This document shows, piece by piece, positions 16,459 to 23,996 of a stretch of DNA of 64,000 nt (position 1 is its first letter; every line of letters starts with the position of its first letter). The notes under the pieces are model-generated. The model was not told where the DNA came from. It made no database searches and worked only from the letters and a program-made list of their open reading frames with translations. The translations under genes were made by a program, and so were the position numbers. The DNA is from an uncultured Ignavibacteria bacterium (GTDB lineage: Bacteria > Bacteroidota > Ignavibacteria > UBA10030 > UBA6906). Where the stretch lies: assembly GCA_963780165.1 (NCBI GenBank), contig CAWABB010000008.1:6451-70450 (forward strand), read 5' to 3'.

Positions 16459-17622
16459 TCACCTGCCAAAGAAGGCCGACACGATTTCCTCGTAGTCGCG
16501 GTCGACGAAATCCTGAAGCTCGCCCGCGTACATTTCATCCGCACCGGCGAGGTCGCTCCCCTCGGGAAGGGTGCGCGTCAGTTTCCTGGTCAGCGTCCGG
16601 AAGCGCTCCAGCTCCTCCTGATAGAACGCGACTGCCGCGTTGCCGATCTTCAGGTCCGGAAGCTCCGCGTCGAGCTTGTCGGCGTCGATGATACAGACCC
16701 AGTTGTTCTCGTACGGAGTCTTGTCGAGCGCCTCGGCTGAGCCCGAGAGCCTGCTGTTCACGTTCACCACTTTGCCGCTCACGGGGGAGCGGAACGTCAC
16801 GCGGCGCTTCCCGCGGCGGACGCTGAAGAGCGGCTGCCCTTTCGCTGCGATCATCCCGAGGTTGGGGAGCATCACTTCGTCCACCTTGCCGATGAGCTTT
16901 TTCGCGAAATCGTCGATCCCGACGCGGGTCTCGCCGTCTTCGTCAACGGCCGCCCAGGTGTGGCCGGAGGCGATGAACACGCCGCCGGGGATAGCGAACT
17001 CGTTCGCCCGGGTGCTCTCCGCGCCCGAGAGGTGCGTGATGCGCACGGTGGGCTTGAGCAGCTTCTGAATCCGATCCTGCCGGCGAATGAGCGACTTCTT
17101 CACGAAGGCGAGCAGTTCGTCCTCGGTGAACGGCTTCTGGACGTAGTCCATCGCGCCGTGCTTCATCGTTTCGACGGCGGTCTCGACGGTCGCATAGCCG
17201 GTGATGATGACGACGTCGATGTCGGGTCGGAGATGCTTCACGGCCTTTGTGACCTCGACCCCGTCCATCGCCGGCATCTTGAGGTCGGTGAAGACGAAAT
17301 CGTAATGGTGCGTCCGGATCAGCCCGAGCGCCTCCTGGCCAGTCTCCACCGTGTCGACGGCGTAGCCGTCGAGCACCAGGATCTTCCGGAAGCTGCCGAG
17401 AATGACCTCCTCGTCGTCCACGCACAGGATGCGCGCCTTCGGACTCTGGACCTCAGCCCGTTTGAGCGTCTTCGCTTCGCGGGTGAAGTCCAGGCGCAGG
17501 CTCTCGGAGAGCGCTGCCTCCCGCTCCGCCCGCGCTTTCTTCGCCCCGACACGGCGCGAGACCGCCCTGATCGCAATGTCTGCAATGATGAAGAGGATGA
17601 CGGCGACGATGAACGGAAGCAT
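16459..17622 (-). CDS. Membrane-anchored receiver (REC) - glycine-cleavage-H-like (GcvH-like) fusion protein
   Basis: N-terminal TM helix (LPFIVAVILFIIADIAI), receiver (ILCVDDEEV..FVFTDLKMPAMDG..VVIITGY..YVQKPF), then an H-protein-like barrel (HTWAAVDEDGETRVGIDDFA..VMLPNLG..SPVSGKVVNVN..PYENNWV). GAGGAG Shine-Dalgarno. Confidence 0.75.
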   Translation of the reverse strand: MLPFIVAVILFIIADIAIRAVSRRVGAKKARAEREAALSESLRLDFTREAKTLKRAEVQSPKARILCVDDEEVILGSFRKILVLDGYAVDTVETGQEALGLIRTHHYDFVFTDLKMPAMDGVEVTKAVKHLRPDIDVVIITGYATVETAVETMKHGAMDYVQKPFTEDELLAFVKKSLIRRQDRIQKLLKPTVRITHLSGAESTRANEFAIPGGVFIASGHTWAAVDEDGETRVGIDDFAKKLIGKVDEVMLPNLGMIAAKGQPLFSVRRGKRRVTFRSPVSGKVVNVNSRLSGSAEALDKTPYENNWVCIIDADKLDAELPDLKIGNAAVAFYQEELERFRTLTRKLTRTLPEGSDLAGADEMYAGELQDFVDRDYEEIVSAFFGR

Positions 17623-17634
17623 GGGCGACTCTCC

Positions 17635-18441
17635 TCAGATGGTATCCGATCCGCAAGGGGTCAGGTGGGACAATTCATATTCGGGATTTGACGGGATGAT
17701 TCTGTACAGCCAACCGGCGAAGTACGGGTCTTTCTCGACAATGTGAGGGTCCGCGCCAAGGTCGGGGTTGCGCGCGATGACCTTGCCGCTGAGCGGGGAG
17801 AGGATGGCGTGCGTGAGCCCCTCGGCCGTCTCGATGCTCGCGCACCGGATGCCCTGGACAATATCTTCCTGTTCCTCCATGAAATCAAGGCGGCTGATCC
17901 GGTCCACCGTGCGCGCGAAGGCATGCGACACGCCGATAAGGGCAGTGCCGTCGCTGTCGAGCGTCGTCCAGCTCATGTAGCCCAGGCGGTAGTATCTGGG
18001 CGGGCAGGGGACGGTGAACAGCGGCGCGTCTTCCGGGGGACCGGTCCGTACGCTGCGGAGCGACACAAGATCGCGGTACCGCAGCCCCCGCTTCAGCGTC
18101 GACAGCAACTCGTCGGCGGTGAACGGCTTTGGGACGAAGTCGATGGCGCCCGCATACAGCGAGCGCACAGCGTTTTCGACGGTGGAGTAGCCGGTCGAAA
18201 TGATCACCGGCGTCTCAGCCGAGCGACGCTGCACCTGGGCGAGCACTTCGAATCCGTCCATCTCCGGCATCATGATGTCGCACATTACCAGACGGTAGTG
18301 GTGCGCCTCCAGCGCGCGCAATGCCGAGGCGCCGTCCCGGGCGGTCTCCACGGTAAGGCCTTCCGCCGTGCAAATGTGGCGGACCGCCTCGAGCACGACG
18401 TCTTCGTCGTCGATGACAAGGATGTCGGTCTCGCTGGCCAT
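17635..18441 (-). CDS. Soluble receiver (REC) - GcvH-like fusion protein
   Basis: Receiver (ILVIDDEDV..LVMCDIMMPEMDG..VIISTGY..FVPKPF) followed by an H-protein-like domain (GYMSWTTLDSDGTALIGVSHFA-type, SPLSGKVIARN, DPYFAGWLYRI). Confidence 0.75.
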   Translation of the reverse strand: MASETDILVIDDEDVVLEAVRHICTAEGLTVETARDGASALRALEAHHYRLVMCDIMMPEMDGFEVLAQVQRRSAETPVIISTGYSTVENAVRSLYAGAIDFVPKPFTADELLSTLKRGLRYRDLVSLRSVRTGPPEDAPLFTVPCPPRYYRLGYMSWTTLDSDGTALIGVSHAFARTVDRISRLDFMEEQEDIVQGIRCASIETAEGLTHAILSPLSGKVIARNPDLGADPHIVEKDPYFAGWLYRIIPSNPEYELSHLTPCGSDTI

Positions 18442-18445
18442 GGGC

Positions 18446-20314
18446 TCACCTCGCCTGCCGGACCGGAATCCGGATTGTGAATCGCGTCCCCTCGCCGATC
18501 CGGCTGTCGACGGAAATCGATCCGTTGTGGTTGTCGACGATCCCCCAGATCACCGAGAGTCCGAGGCCGGTCCCCTTCTGCCCCTTCGTGGTGTAGAAGG
18601 GCTCGAATATCCTGGGGAGATCCTCCGCGGCGATCCCCGAACCCGTGTCGGCCACTGTGATCTCGACGTAGTCGCTCAATCCTCCCGCGTCCACCGCTTC
18701 CCACCGCTCGTACTCGCACCCGCGACGGCTGCAGATCTCGAGCCGCCCCTGTCCAGGCACGTCGAGCATGCACACCCGCGCGGAGCAGACCGGGCACTTT
18801 GCTGTGGCGTCGAGCAATGTGGCCTGGCATTCCGGGCAGGAGAGCTGAAGGTCGGTGCCCGCCGGCGCGCTGAGCCCAAACTGGTGATTGTGCCTGCCGT
18901 AGACGGGGTCGAGATACGCGAAGCCTTCGTCGGTCCCCGCGAGCGCCCGCACCCGAACGGAAGGGAGGCCGCCGATCCGGACTTCATCGTGAATCAGCGA
19001 ATGCCGTTTGGGACACTGGGCCTTGCGTATCTGGGTGATGCCCCGGGGAGAGAGCTGGAGGAGCGAGCTCCCGATCGTGATCGTGCCGCCCCGCGGCCCG
19101 ATGGCGTCGGCGGCGTTCACGATGAGGTTCAGGAAGACCTGCTGGATCTGATTGGCGTCGACGGTGAGCTTCGGGAGATCGTCCGCCGTTTCCCTGACGA
19201 GCTTGATGTGGTGGAGCGTGAGTTGGTTGCTTGCAACGTGGATCGCGCGGTCGATGATCTCGTTCAGCGAGGCTTCCGTCTTCTTGGGAACAGACTGCCG
19301 CGCGAAGTCCAGCAAACTCTTGACGATTTCCCTGCACCGGATCGTTTCCCGAACCACCACTTTCAGGTCTTCCTGGATCTCGGGCCGGTCCTGCGTGCGG
19401 CGCATCAGAAAGCTGCTGTATGTCAGGACGCCGGTCAGGGGGTTGTTGATTTCGTGGGCGACCCCCGCAGCCAGCCGGCCGAGGGACGCGAGCTTGTCGG
19501 ACTGGAAGAGCTGGACGCGCGCGTCGGCGAGCTTGCGGGTCATGTTATTGAACGACCCGGCCAGCACGCCCAGTTCGTCCGCCCGTCGCTCCTTGATGGT
19601 GTAGCTCAGGTTCCCGTCTGCCACCGCCTGCGTGGCGCGGACGAGCTCTTTCACGGGCTTATCCACCCAGCGGCGGACGAAGAGGCCGATGATCAGGCTG
19701 ATCCCGAGGAACGACGCAAGTGCCGAAAGGATCAGCTCGAGCTGGATTCCCGCAAGCGTCTTGTCTGCCTCCCGCAACGGGAGGGCAACGTCAAGCACGC
19801 CGAGGACGGTCTTGTCTTTTGGGTGCGCGTGACACTCCGCAGTCCAGCACGACTGCTCGTTCTGGATGGGCGTGATGATCCCGAGGTAGCGTGAGGAGTC
19901 GGGGTGGACCTGGAAGATCCGCGTCCGTTCCTTCATCGGCAGACGCTCCAGCGGCCGGTCCGCTGAATGGCAGCTGTAGCAGCTCTCCGCGTCCTTGTCC
20001 ACCATGGTGCCGACGTCGGCCTCGACGGACGAGTAGATGATCTCTCCCGTCTTGTTCATGATGCGCACCTTGCCGATCCCGGGCTGCTCGCCGATGCCGC
20101 GCACGATCTGTCGGATGTGATCGCGCTCGTTCAACAGCATCTCGTACCGCGTGCTTGCTCTGACCGTTTCGCTCAGCTGGTTCGCGTGTCGCTCTACCTC
20201 AGCGAGCATCCCGGCGTTCATCGATTGCAGGCTCAGGTACGCGAACAGGGCGATGATCGTGACGGCGGTGACGCCGACGAGGAGGATGAGTTTTGTGCCG
20301 ATACGTTTCAGCAT
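18446..20314 (-). CDS. Sensor histidine kinase: periplasmic domain with c-haem motifs, HAMP, HisKA, and a HATPase split by a Cys-rich insert
   Basis: Two TM helices flank a ~165-aa domain carrying CYSCH and CWTAECH. H-box VAHEINNPL, N-box NLIVNAADA and G-box DTGSGI are present, with ~130 extra residues between the N and G1 boxes. The start lies 3 nt after the cytochrome stop. Confidence 0.85.
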   Translation of the reverse strand: MLKRIGTKLILLVGVTAVTIIALFAYLSLQSMNAGMLAEVERHANQLSETVRASTRYEMLLNERDHIRQIVRGIGEQPGIGKVRIMNKTGEIIYSSVEADVGTMVDKDAESCYSCHSADRPLERLPMKERTRIFQVHPDSSRYLGIITPIQNEQSCWTAECHAHPKDKTVLGVLDVALPLREADKTLAGIQLELILSALASFLGISLIIGLFVRRWVDKPVKELVRATQAVADGNLSYTIKERRADELGVLAGSFNNMTRKLADARVQLFQSDKLASLGRLAAGVAHEINNPLTGVLTYSSFLMRRTQDRPEIQEDLKVVVRETIRCREIVKSLLDFARQSVPKKTEASLNEIIDRAIHVASNQLTLHHIKLVRETADDLPKLTVDANQIQQVFLNLIVNAADAIGPRGGTITIGSSLLQLSPRGITQIRKAQCPKRHSLIHDEVRIGGLPSVRVRALAGTDEGFAYLDPVYGRHNHQFGLSAPAGTDLQLSCPECQATLLDATAKCPVCSARVCMLDVPGQGRLEICSRRGCEYERWEAVDAGGLSDYVEITVADTGSGIAAEDLPRIFEPFYTTKGQKGTGLGLSVIWGIVDNHNGSISVDSRIGEGTRFTIRIPVRQAR

Positions 20315-20317
20315 CTG

Positions 20318-21505
20318 CTACTTGGTGACGAGTTTCCCGGGCTTGAACTGAGGGAATGCCTTGTCCGGATGGCATCCGGCGCAGTTCGGGGACTTGCTGA
20401 AGTCTTTCCCTTCGTGACAATCGGCGCAATCGAGCGCCTCATGGATCTCGTCGAGCTTCAGGCCCGTGACCGCGTGCGTGAACGAGCCGGCGTTCCATTT
20501 CTTGTGGCACATGGCGCAATCGCGCTTGAGACCCGTAAATGCCTTCCCGTCGCCGTGGCAGCGTGAGCACTCGAGGGACGCGTGGTACGACTTCAGTGTC
20601 CACCCGGACCGGCGGGCATGGTTGAACGGACCAGGGTCGGACTTCGCGTGGCAGGTTTCGCACGACTGCTCCGCGTGGCACGATGCACATCGTGCGTGGA
20701 TGGATTCGAAATCCCGTTGCCTTTCCGCCGCAACCTGCTGGCGCATCTTCTCGGGGCGCTTGTCATGACAGCTGATGCACCCCTCCTGACGGTGGCAGTC
20801 CGCGCACTTGATGCCAAAACGGTCAGCGTGGTCCGTGTGGTAGAATGCTACGACGGTTCCGTCCTGCTCTTTGGTCGCAAATACCTTCCTGGTCGGTGCC
20901 TGGACGGGAGGGTGGTCCTTCCGGCCGCGGGTGTATCCCTGCAGGATTTGCGCGTCTGTCTTCCCTTCGGTCTTCTCCATGTGGCACGATGCGCACTCGG
21001 GGGCGCCCGTCCACTGCCGGTGGCAGTCCAGGCACTGCCGGTGATACGCGCCTTTCAGGTCGGGCACGTTGACATCCTCCCGCTTCCGGTCCGCCGGATG
21101 GCACGACCGGCACGAGAGGATATTGAGCGCCGTGTCATTGTAGTGGTGGCATCCATAGCACCCGCCCGACATCTCGGTCATCTGTGCGTGCGTCTTGTGG
21201 CTGAACACCACGGGGCCGTACTGGCCGGATTTCGAATCCATCAGGACCAGGCCGGGACCGTCCGCGGGAGTGTGGACGCCGGTGGACTCTTTCACGCGCG
21301 GACACACGATGAGGCAGGGGTCCGACTTGGTGGGCGTCGTGCATGTGTGACACATGACGCACCTGTTTCGCAACTCCGTCGGCAGCGCGTGCGGCGCTTC
21401 CTTCGTGGACTGCGCGCGTCCAACATGGGTCGCGAAGGATGCGACCATCAGACATGCTGCCGCGGCACATGCCGCCGCGGTGGAAATCCGTGCGAGGGTC
21501 TTCAC
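20318..21505 (-). CDS. Periplasmic multihaem cytochrome c (13 CxxCH motifs, cytochrome c3/c7-like repeats)
   Basis: A GTG start at 21505 (GTGA overlap with the nrfD-like stop) gives the signal peptide VKTLARISTAAACAAAACLMVASFA. I counted 13 CxxCH motifs, mostly in pairs preceded by FxHxxH-type distal His. The rest of the 787-aa ORF-track entry overlaps nrfD in another frame. Confidence 0.85.
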   Translation of the reverse strand: MKTLARISTAAACAAAACLMVASFATHVGRAQSTKEAPHALPTELRNRCVMCHTCTTPTKSDPCLIVCPRVKESTGVHTPADGPGLVLMDSKSGQYGPVVFSHKTHAQMTEMSGGCYGCHHYNDTALNILSCRSCHPADRKREDVNVPDLKGAYHRQCLDCHRQWTGAPECASCHMEKTEGKTDAQILQGYTRGRKDHPPVQAPTRKVFATKEQDGTVVAFYHTDHADRFGIKCADCHRQEGCISCHDKRPEKMRQQVAAERQRDFESIHARCASCHAEQSCETCHAKSDPGPFNHARRSGWTLKSYHASLECSRCHGDGKAFTGLKRDCAMCHKKWNAGSFTHAVTGLKLDEIHEALDCADCHEGKDFSKSPNCAGCHPDKAFPQFKPGKLVTK

Positions 21506-22746
21506 GATCCGGCCCTCCTGAGTGTGTACTTCACGCGCGGCGCGGGAGCACCCTCTTCGGAGCTGATCACGGGGAAGTTGATCACCATGAACCGGTAGGC
21601 CAGCATCAGGAGGGCGACGAAGCCGACCGTCACCGAGATCTCTCCGAAGCTGGGGAAGTACGGGTGTGTGGAGTACGGCGGATTGTACGCCGTAATAAAG
21701 GTGTTGATGCGGGAGAGCAGGACGCCCAGGACGACCAGCAGTGCGGCCGTGAATAGCAGGGGGGGCGACTTGCGGACCGTCGGTGACAGCAGCATCCGCA
21801 GGGGGATAACCACGCCCCCCACGACCTCCAGAGCGAACATGATGCTGACGGTGTTCAGTTCGGTAAGGTACACGAATGATTCCCTGATGACCATGTCGCC
21901 GATCTTGAACCCGAGATAGATCCCGAGGAGCGGCGGAATCAAGCGGGCGAGATCGGACAGCACCGGCATCTCCGGCGGCATCTTGAACGAGCGGGACGCC
22001 AGCATCGACTCGACGATCACCATAGGGAATCCGACGGAGATCGCGGAAAGAAGGAAGAGGAGCGGTGACACCGGGCTGTACCAGAGCGGGTGCATCTTGG
22101 AGGCCGAGATGACCATCAGCGTTCCGAGAGAAGACTGGTGCAGTGTCGACAGGACGACGCCCGCGATGATGAAGATGAACATGAACCGCTCGAGGGATCG
22201 GTCGAGGAGACGGAGCACCGCTTCGACGCCGCGGTTGAACTTTTCGAGGAAGCCGGGAAGGTTGACGTGCCCGATGAACCGCTCGCACACGATCGGCAGG
22301 AACTCGATGTAGAGCACGCTCATATAGATCATGACGCACATGCCGACCTCGAAGAGCGCCGAGGAGCCGTTCCACATGATCAACGGATGCCAGATGTAAT
22401 ACCAGCGTCCTATATCGGAGAAGACGCCGACGGCGACGAACGTATATCCGAGCATGGCGGTGAGGAGCGCCGGCCTGATGATGACGTGGAACTCTTCGCG
22501 GCGCATGACGTGCCCGAGCGCGGCGGTGGTAAACCCGCCGGCCGCGAGGGCCACTCCCGCGGCCACGTCGACCGCGATCCAGAGGCCCCACGGGTACTGG
22601 TTGTTCAGATTCGTGACGGCTGCAAACCCGAACAGGAACCGGCCTGCGAGGAACACCAGCCCGTTCAGGGCCACCAGGCAAAGAACAATGACCCCCGGGG
22701 TGAAGAAGGGTCGCTTCAATGGACTCGGGGAACCGTGATCCTGCAT
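21502..22746 (-). CDS. NrfD/PsrC/HybB-family integral membrane quinone-interacting subunit
   Basis: 414 aa, polytopic, with NQYPWGLWIAVDVAAGVALAAGGF typical of the NrfD family. It sits between the FeS and cytochrome genes with a 3-nt gap and a 4-nt overlap. Confidence 0.8.
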   Translation of the reverse strand: MQDHGSPSPLKRPFFTPGVIVLCLVALNGLVFLAGRFLFGFAAVTNLNNQYPWGLWIAVDVAAGVALAAGGFTTAALGHVMRREEFHVIIRPALLTAMLGYTFVAVGVFSDIGRWYYIWHPLIMWNGSSALFEVGMCVMIYMSVLYIEFLPIVCERFIGHVNLPGFLEKFNRGVEAVLRLLDRSLERFMFIFIIAGVVLSTLHQSSLGTLMVISASKMHPLWYSPVSPLLFLLSAISVGFPMVIVESMLASRSFKMPPEMPVLSDLARLIPPLLGIYLGFKIGDMVIRESFVYLTELNTVSIMFALEVVGGVVIPLRMLLSPTVRKSPPLLFTAALLVVLGVLLSRINTFITAYNPPYSTHPYFPSFGEISVTVGFVALLMLAYRFMVINFPVISSEEGAPAPRVKYTLRRAGS

Positions 22747-22749
22747 GGC

Positions 22750-23649
22750 TTATTCACTTTCGGGTGATTTGTCTTTCGAGAGCCACATGATGGAACCGAG
22801 GAGCGCATAGAGAGCGACGGGGGGGACGAAGTAGGAGAAGATGCCGTGCTGGATCGCCTCGGAAGTCCCTGGTGCCGGTGCGGTGCCCACCGTGGGCAGC
22901 CCCAGCTCGGTGAACTCCCGTCCCGCAAGGTACATCCACGACGTGCCGCCCACCTCCAGCTCGCCGTACACGTGGTCGACGTACCGTTCCGGCGACCGGC
23001 GGATGCGCTGCTTGGCGACGTACACGAGCTCCTCTCGCGGCCCGAACGTCAACGCCTCGACGGGGCAGATCTCCACGCAGGCCGGCAGCTCACCTTTGGC
23101 CTGACGGTTCACGCAGAAGTCGCACTTCCGGATCTCCGGGTTGATGGCCTTGTGGTACTCGAAGGCCGGGACCTGGAACGGGCACGCGACCATGCAATAC
23201 CTGCAGCCGATGCACATGTCCCCGTCCCACACCACTGCCCCGCTCTCGTGCTTCGAGAACGCGCCGACGATGCACGCCGAGAGGCAGGCGGGACGATCGC
23301 AGTGCATGCACTGCACTTTCACATCGTACGGCAACGCGACGTTCTCAGGGTTCGCGAATTCGTTGACGACGGTGAGCGCCGTATCGTCGGGCCTCCTCAT
23401 CGTCGCGAAGACGCTGCGGTCCTTGTACGCCTCGAGAGGCTCCGCGGGAAGATCGTGCGCAGTCTGGCACGCCCACTCGCAGTTCCGGCAGCCCACGCAG
23501 ACGGTCGTGTCGACCAGAACCCCGTTGCGCTTCGGGGACAGCGTGTTCTCCGGGCCGGCGCGGGCGACGGCGGGGGTGGTGAGGGCGGTTCCGGTACCTG
23601 CTGCAACGAGGGTCTTCAGAAAGACCCTACGGTCACGGGGGGTTGTCAT
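22750..23649 (-). CDS. TAT-exported 4Fe-4S ferredoxin-type subunit (HybA/NrfC/HmcB-like) with C-terminal TM anchor
   Basis: Twin-arginine signal (RDRRVFLKTLVAAGTG), several CxxCxxCxxxC(P) cluster motifs (CVGCRNCEWAC, CIGCRYCMVACP, CMHCDRPAC) and a C-terminal helix (YFVPPVALYALLGSIMWL). Confidence 0.85.
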   Translation of the reverse strand: MTTPRDRRVFLKTLVAAGTGTALTTPAVARAGPENTLSPKRNGVLVDTTVCVGCRNCEWACQTAHDLPAEPLEAYKDRSVFATMRRPDDTALTVVNEFANPENVALPYDVKVQCMHCDRPACLSACIVGAFSKHESGAVVWDGDMCIGCRYCMVACPFQVPAFEYHKAINPEIRKCDFCVNRQAKGELPACVEICPVEALTFGPREELVYVAKQRIRRSPERYVDHVYGELEVGGTSWMYLAGREFTELGLPTVGTAPAPGTSEAIQHGIFSYFVPPVALYALLGSIMWLSKDKSPESE

Positions 23650-23716
23650 AGGTGTGCTCGTCTGAGGGTGCGAATGATTCGAACGTAATTATGGTCAACA
23701 AGTGAGCCATTCTCCC

Positions 23717-23732
23717 TGCCGGATTTTAGCCA
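23717..23732 (-). promoter_or_regulatory. Candidate sigma-54 (-24/-12) promoter for the FeS/NrfD/cytochrome operon
   Basis: The minus strand reads TGGCTA-aaatc-CGGCA, giving correct GG-N10-GC spacing, about 70 nt upstream of the ATG at 23649. An NtrC-type activator is encoded 2 kb away. The -12 is CGGCA rather than TTGCA, so the call is tentative. Confidence 0.3.
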
Positions 23733-23809
23733 ACTATTCGCAACTGACGCCGATTTTTGCCGGAGGTTGAAGCGGCTTTTCCAAAGAATTGGAAATAGAG
23801 TGTTGGCAT

Positions 23810-23823
23810 TCTCACCGGTGAGA
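23810..23823. promoter_or_regulatory. 14-bp perfect palindrome TCTCACCGGTGAGA in the divergent control region (possible activator/UAS site)
   Basis: Perfect dyad about 90 nt upstream of the sigma-54-like element and about 175 nt upstream of the plus-strand kinase start. This geometry is typical of bacterial enhancer-binding-protein sites. Confidence 0.35.
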
Positions 23824-23996
23824 TTGTTCAGTTTTGCAACACTTGCTTCCTACCTCTGCGAAAGCAGGGGGTGCCTCTGTGATTCTGATGCCTTCCGCCC
23901 CGGATTTCGACACCGTTTGGCCCGCGAGACGTGAGTGGTGGTGGCATGATTTGTGACGAATGGGGGCGAACCCGTGGGGTCTCGTTTCGGAGCAGG

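Noticed and set aside
21506-22681. N-terminal 392 residues of the 787-aa ORF-track entry 20318-22681, which would give a much larger cytochrome
   Set aside because: This part overlaps the NrfD-like gene in a different frame, is Arg/Pro/His-rich and has no haem motifs. A GTG at 21505 gives a proper signal peptide and a GTGA overlap with the upstream stop.
23695-23709. Second sigma-54-like string, TGGCTC-acttg-TTGA, on the minus strand upstream of the FeS gene
   Set aside because: The invariant -12 GC dinucleotide is GA here. The neighbouring candidate at 23717-23732 fits the GG-N10-GC rule better.
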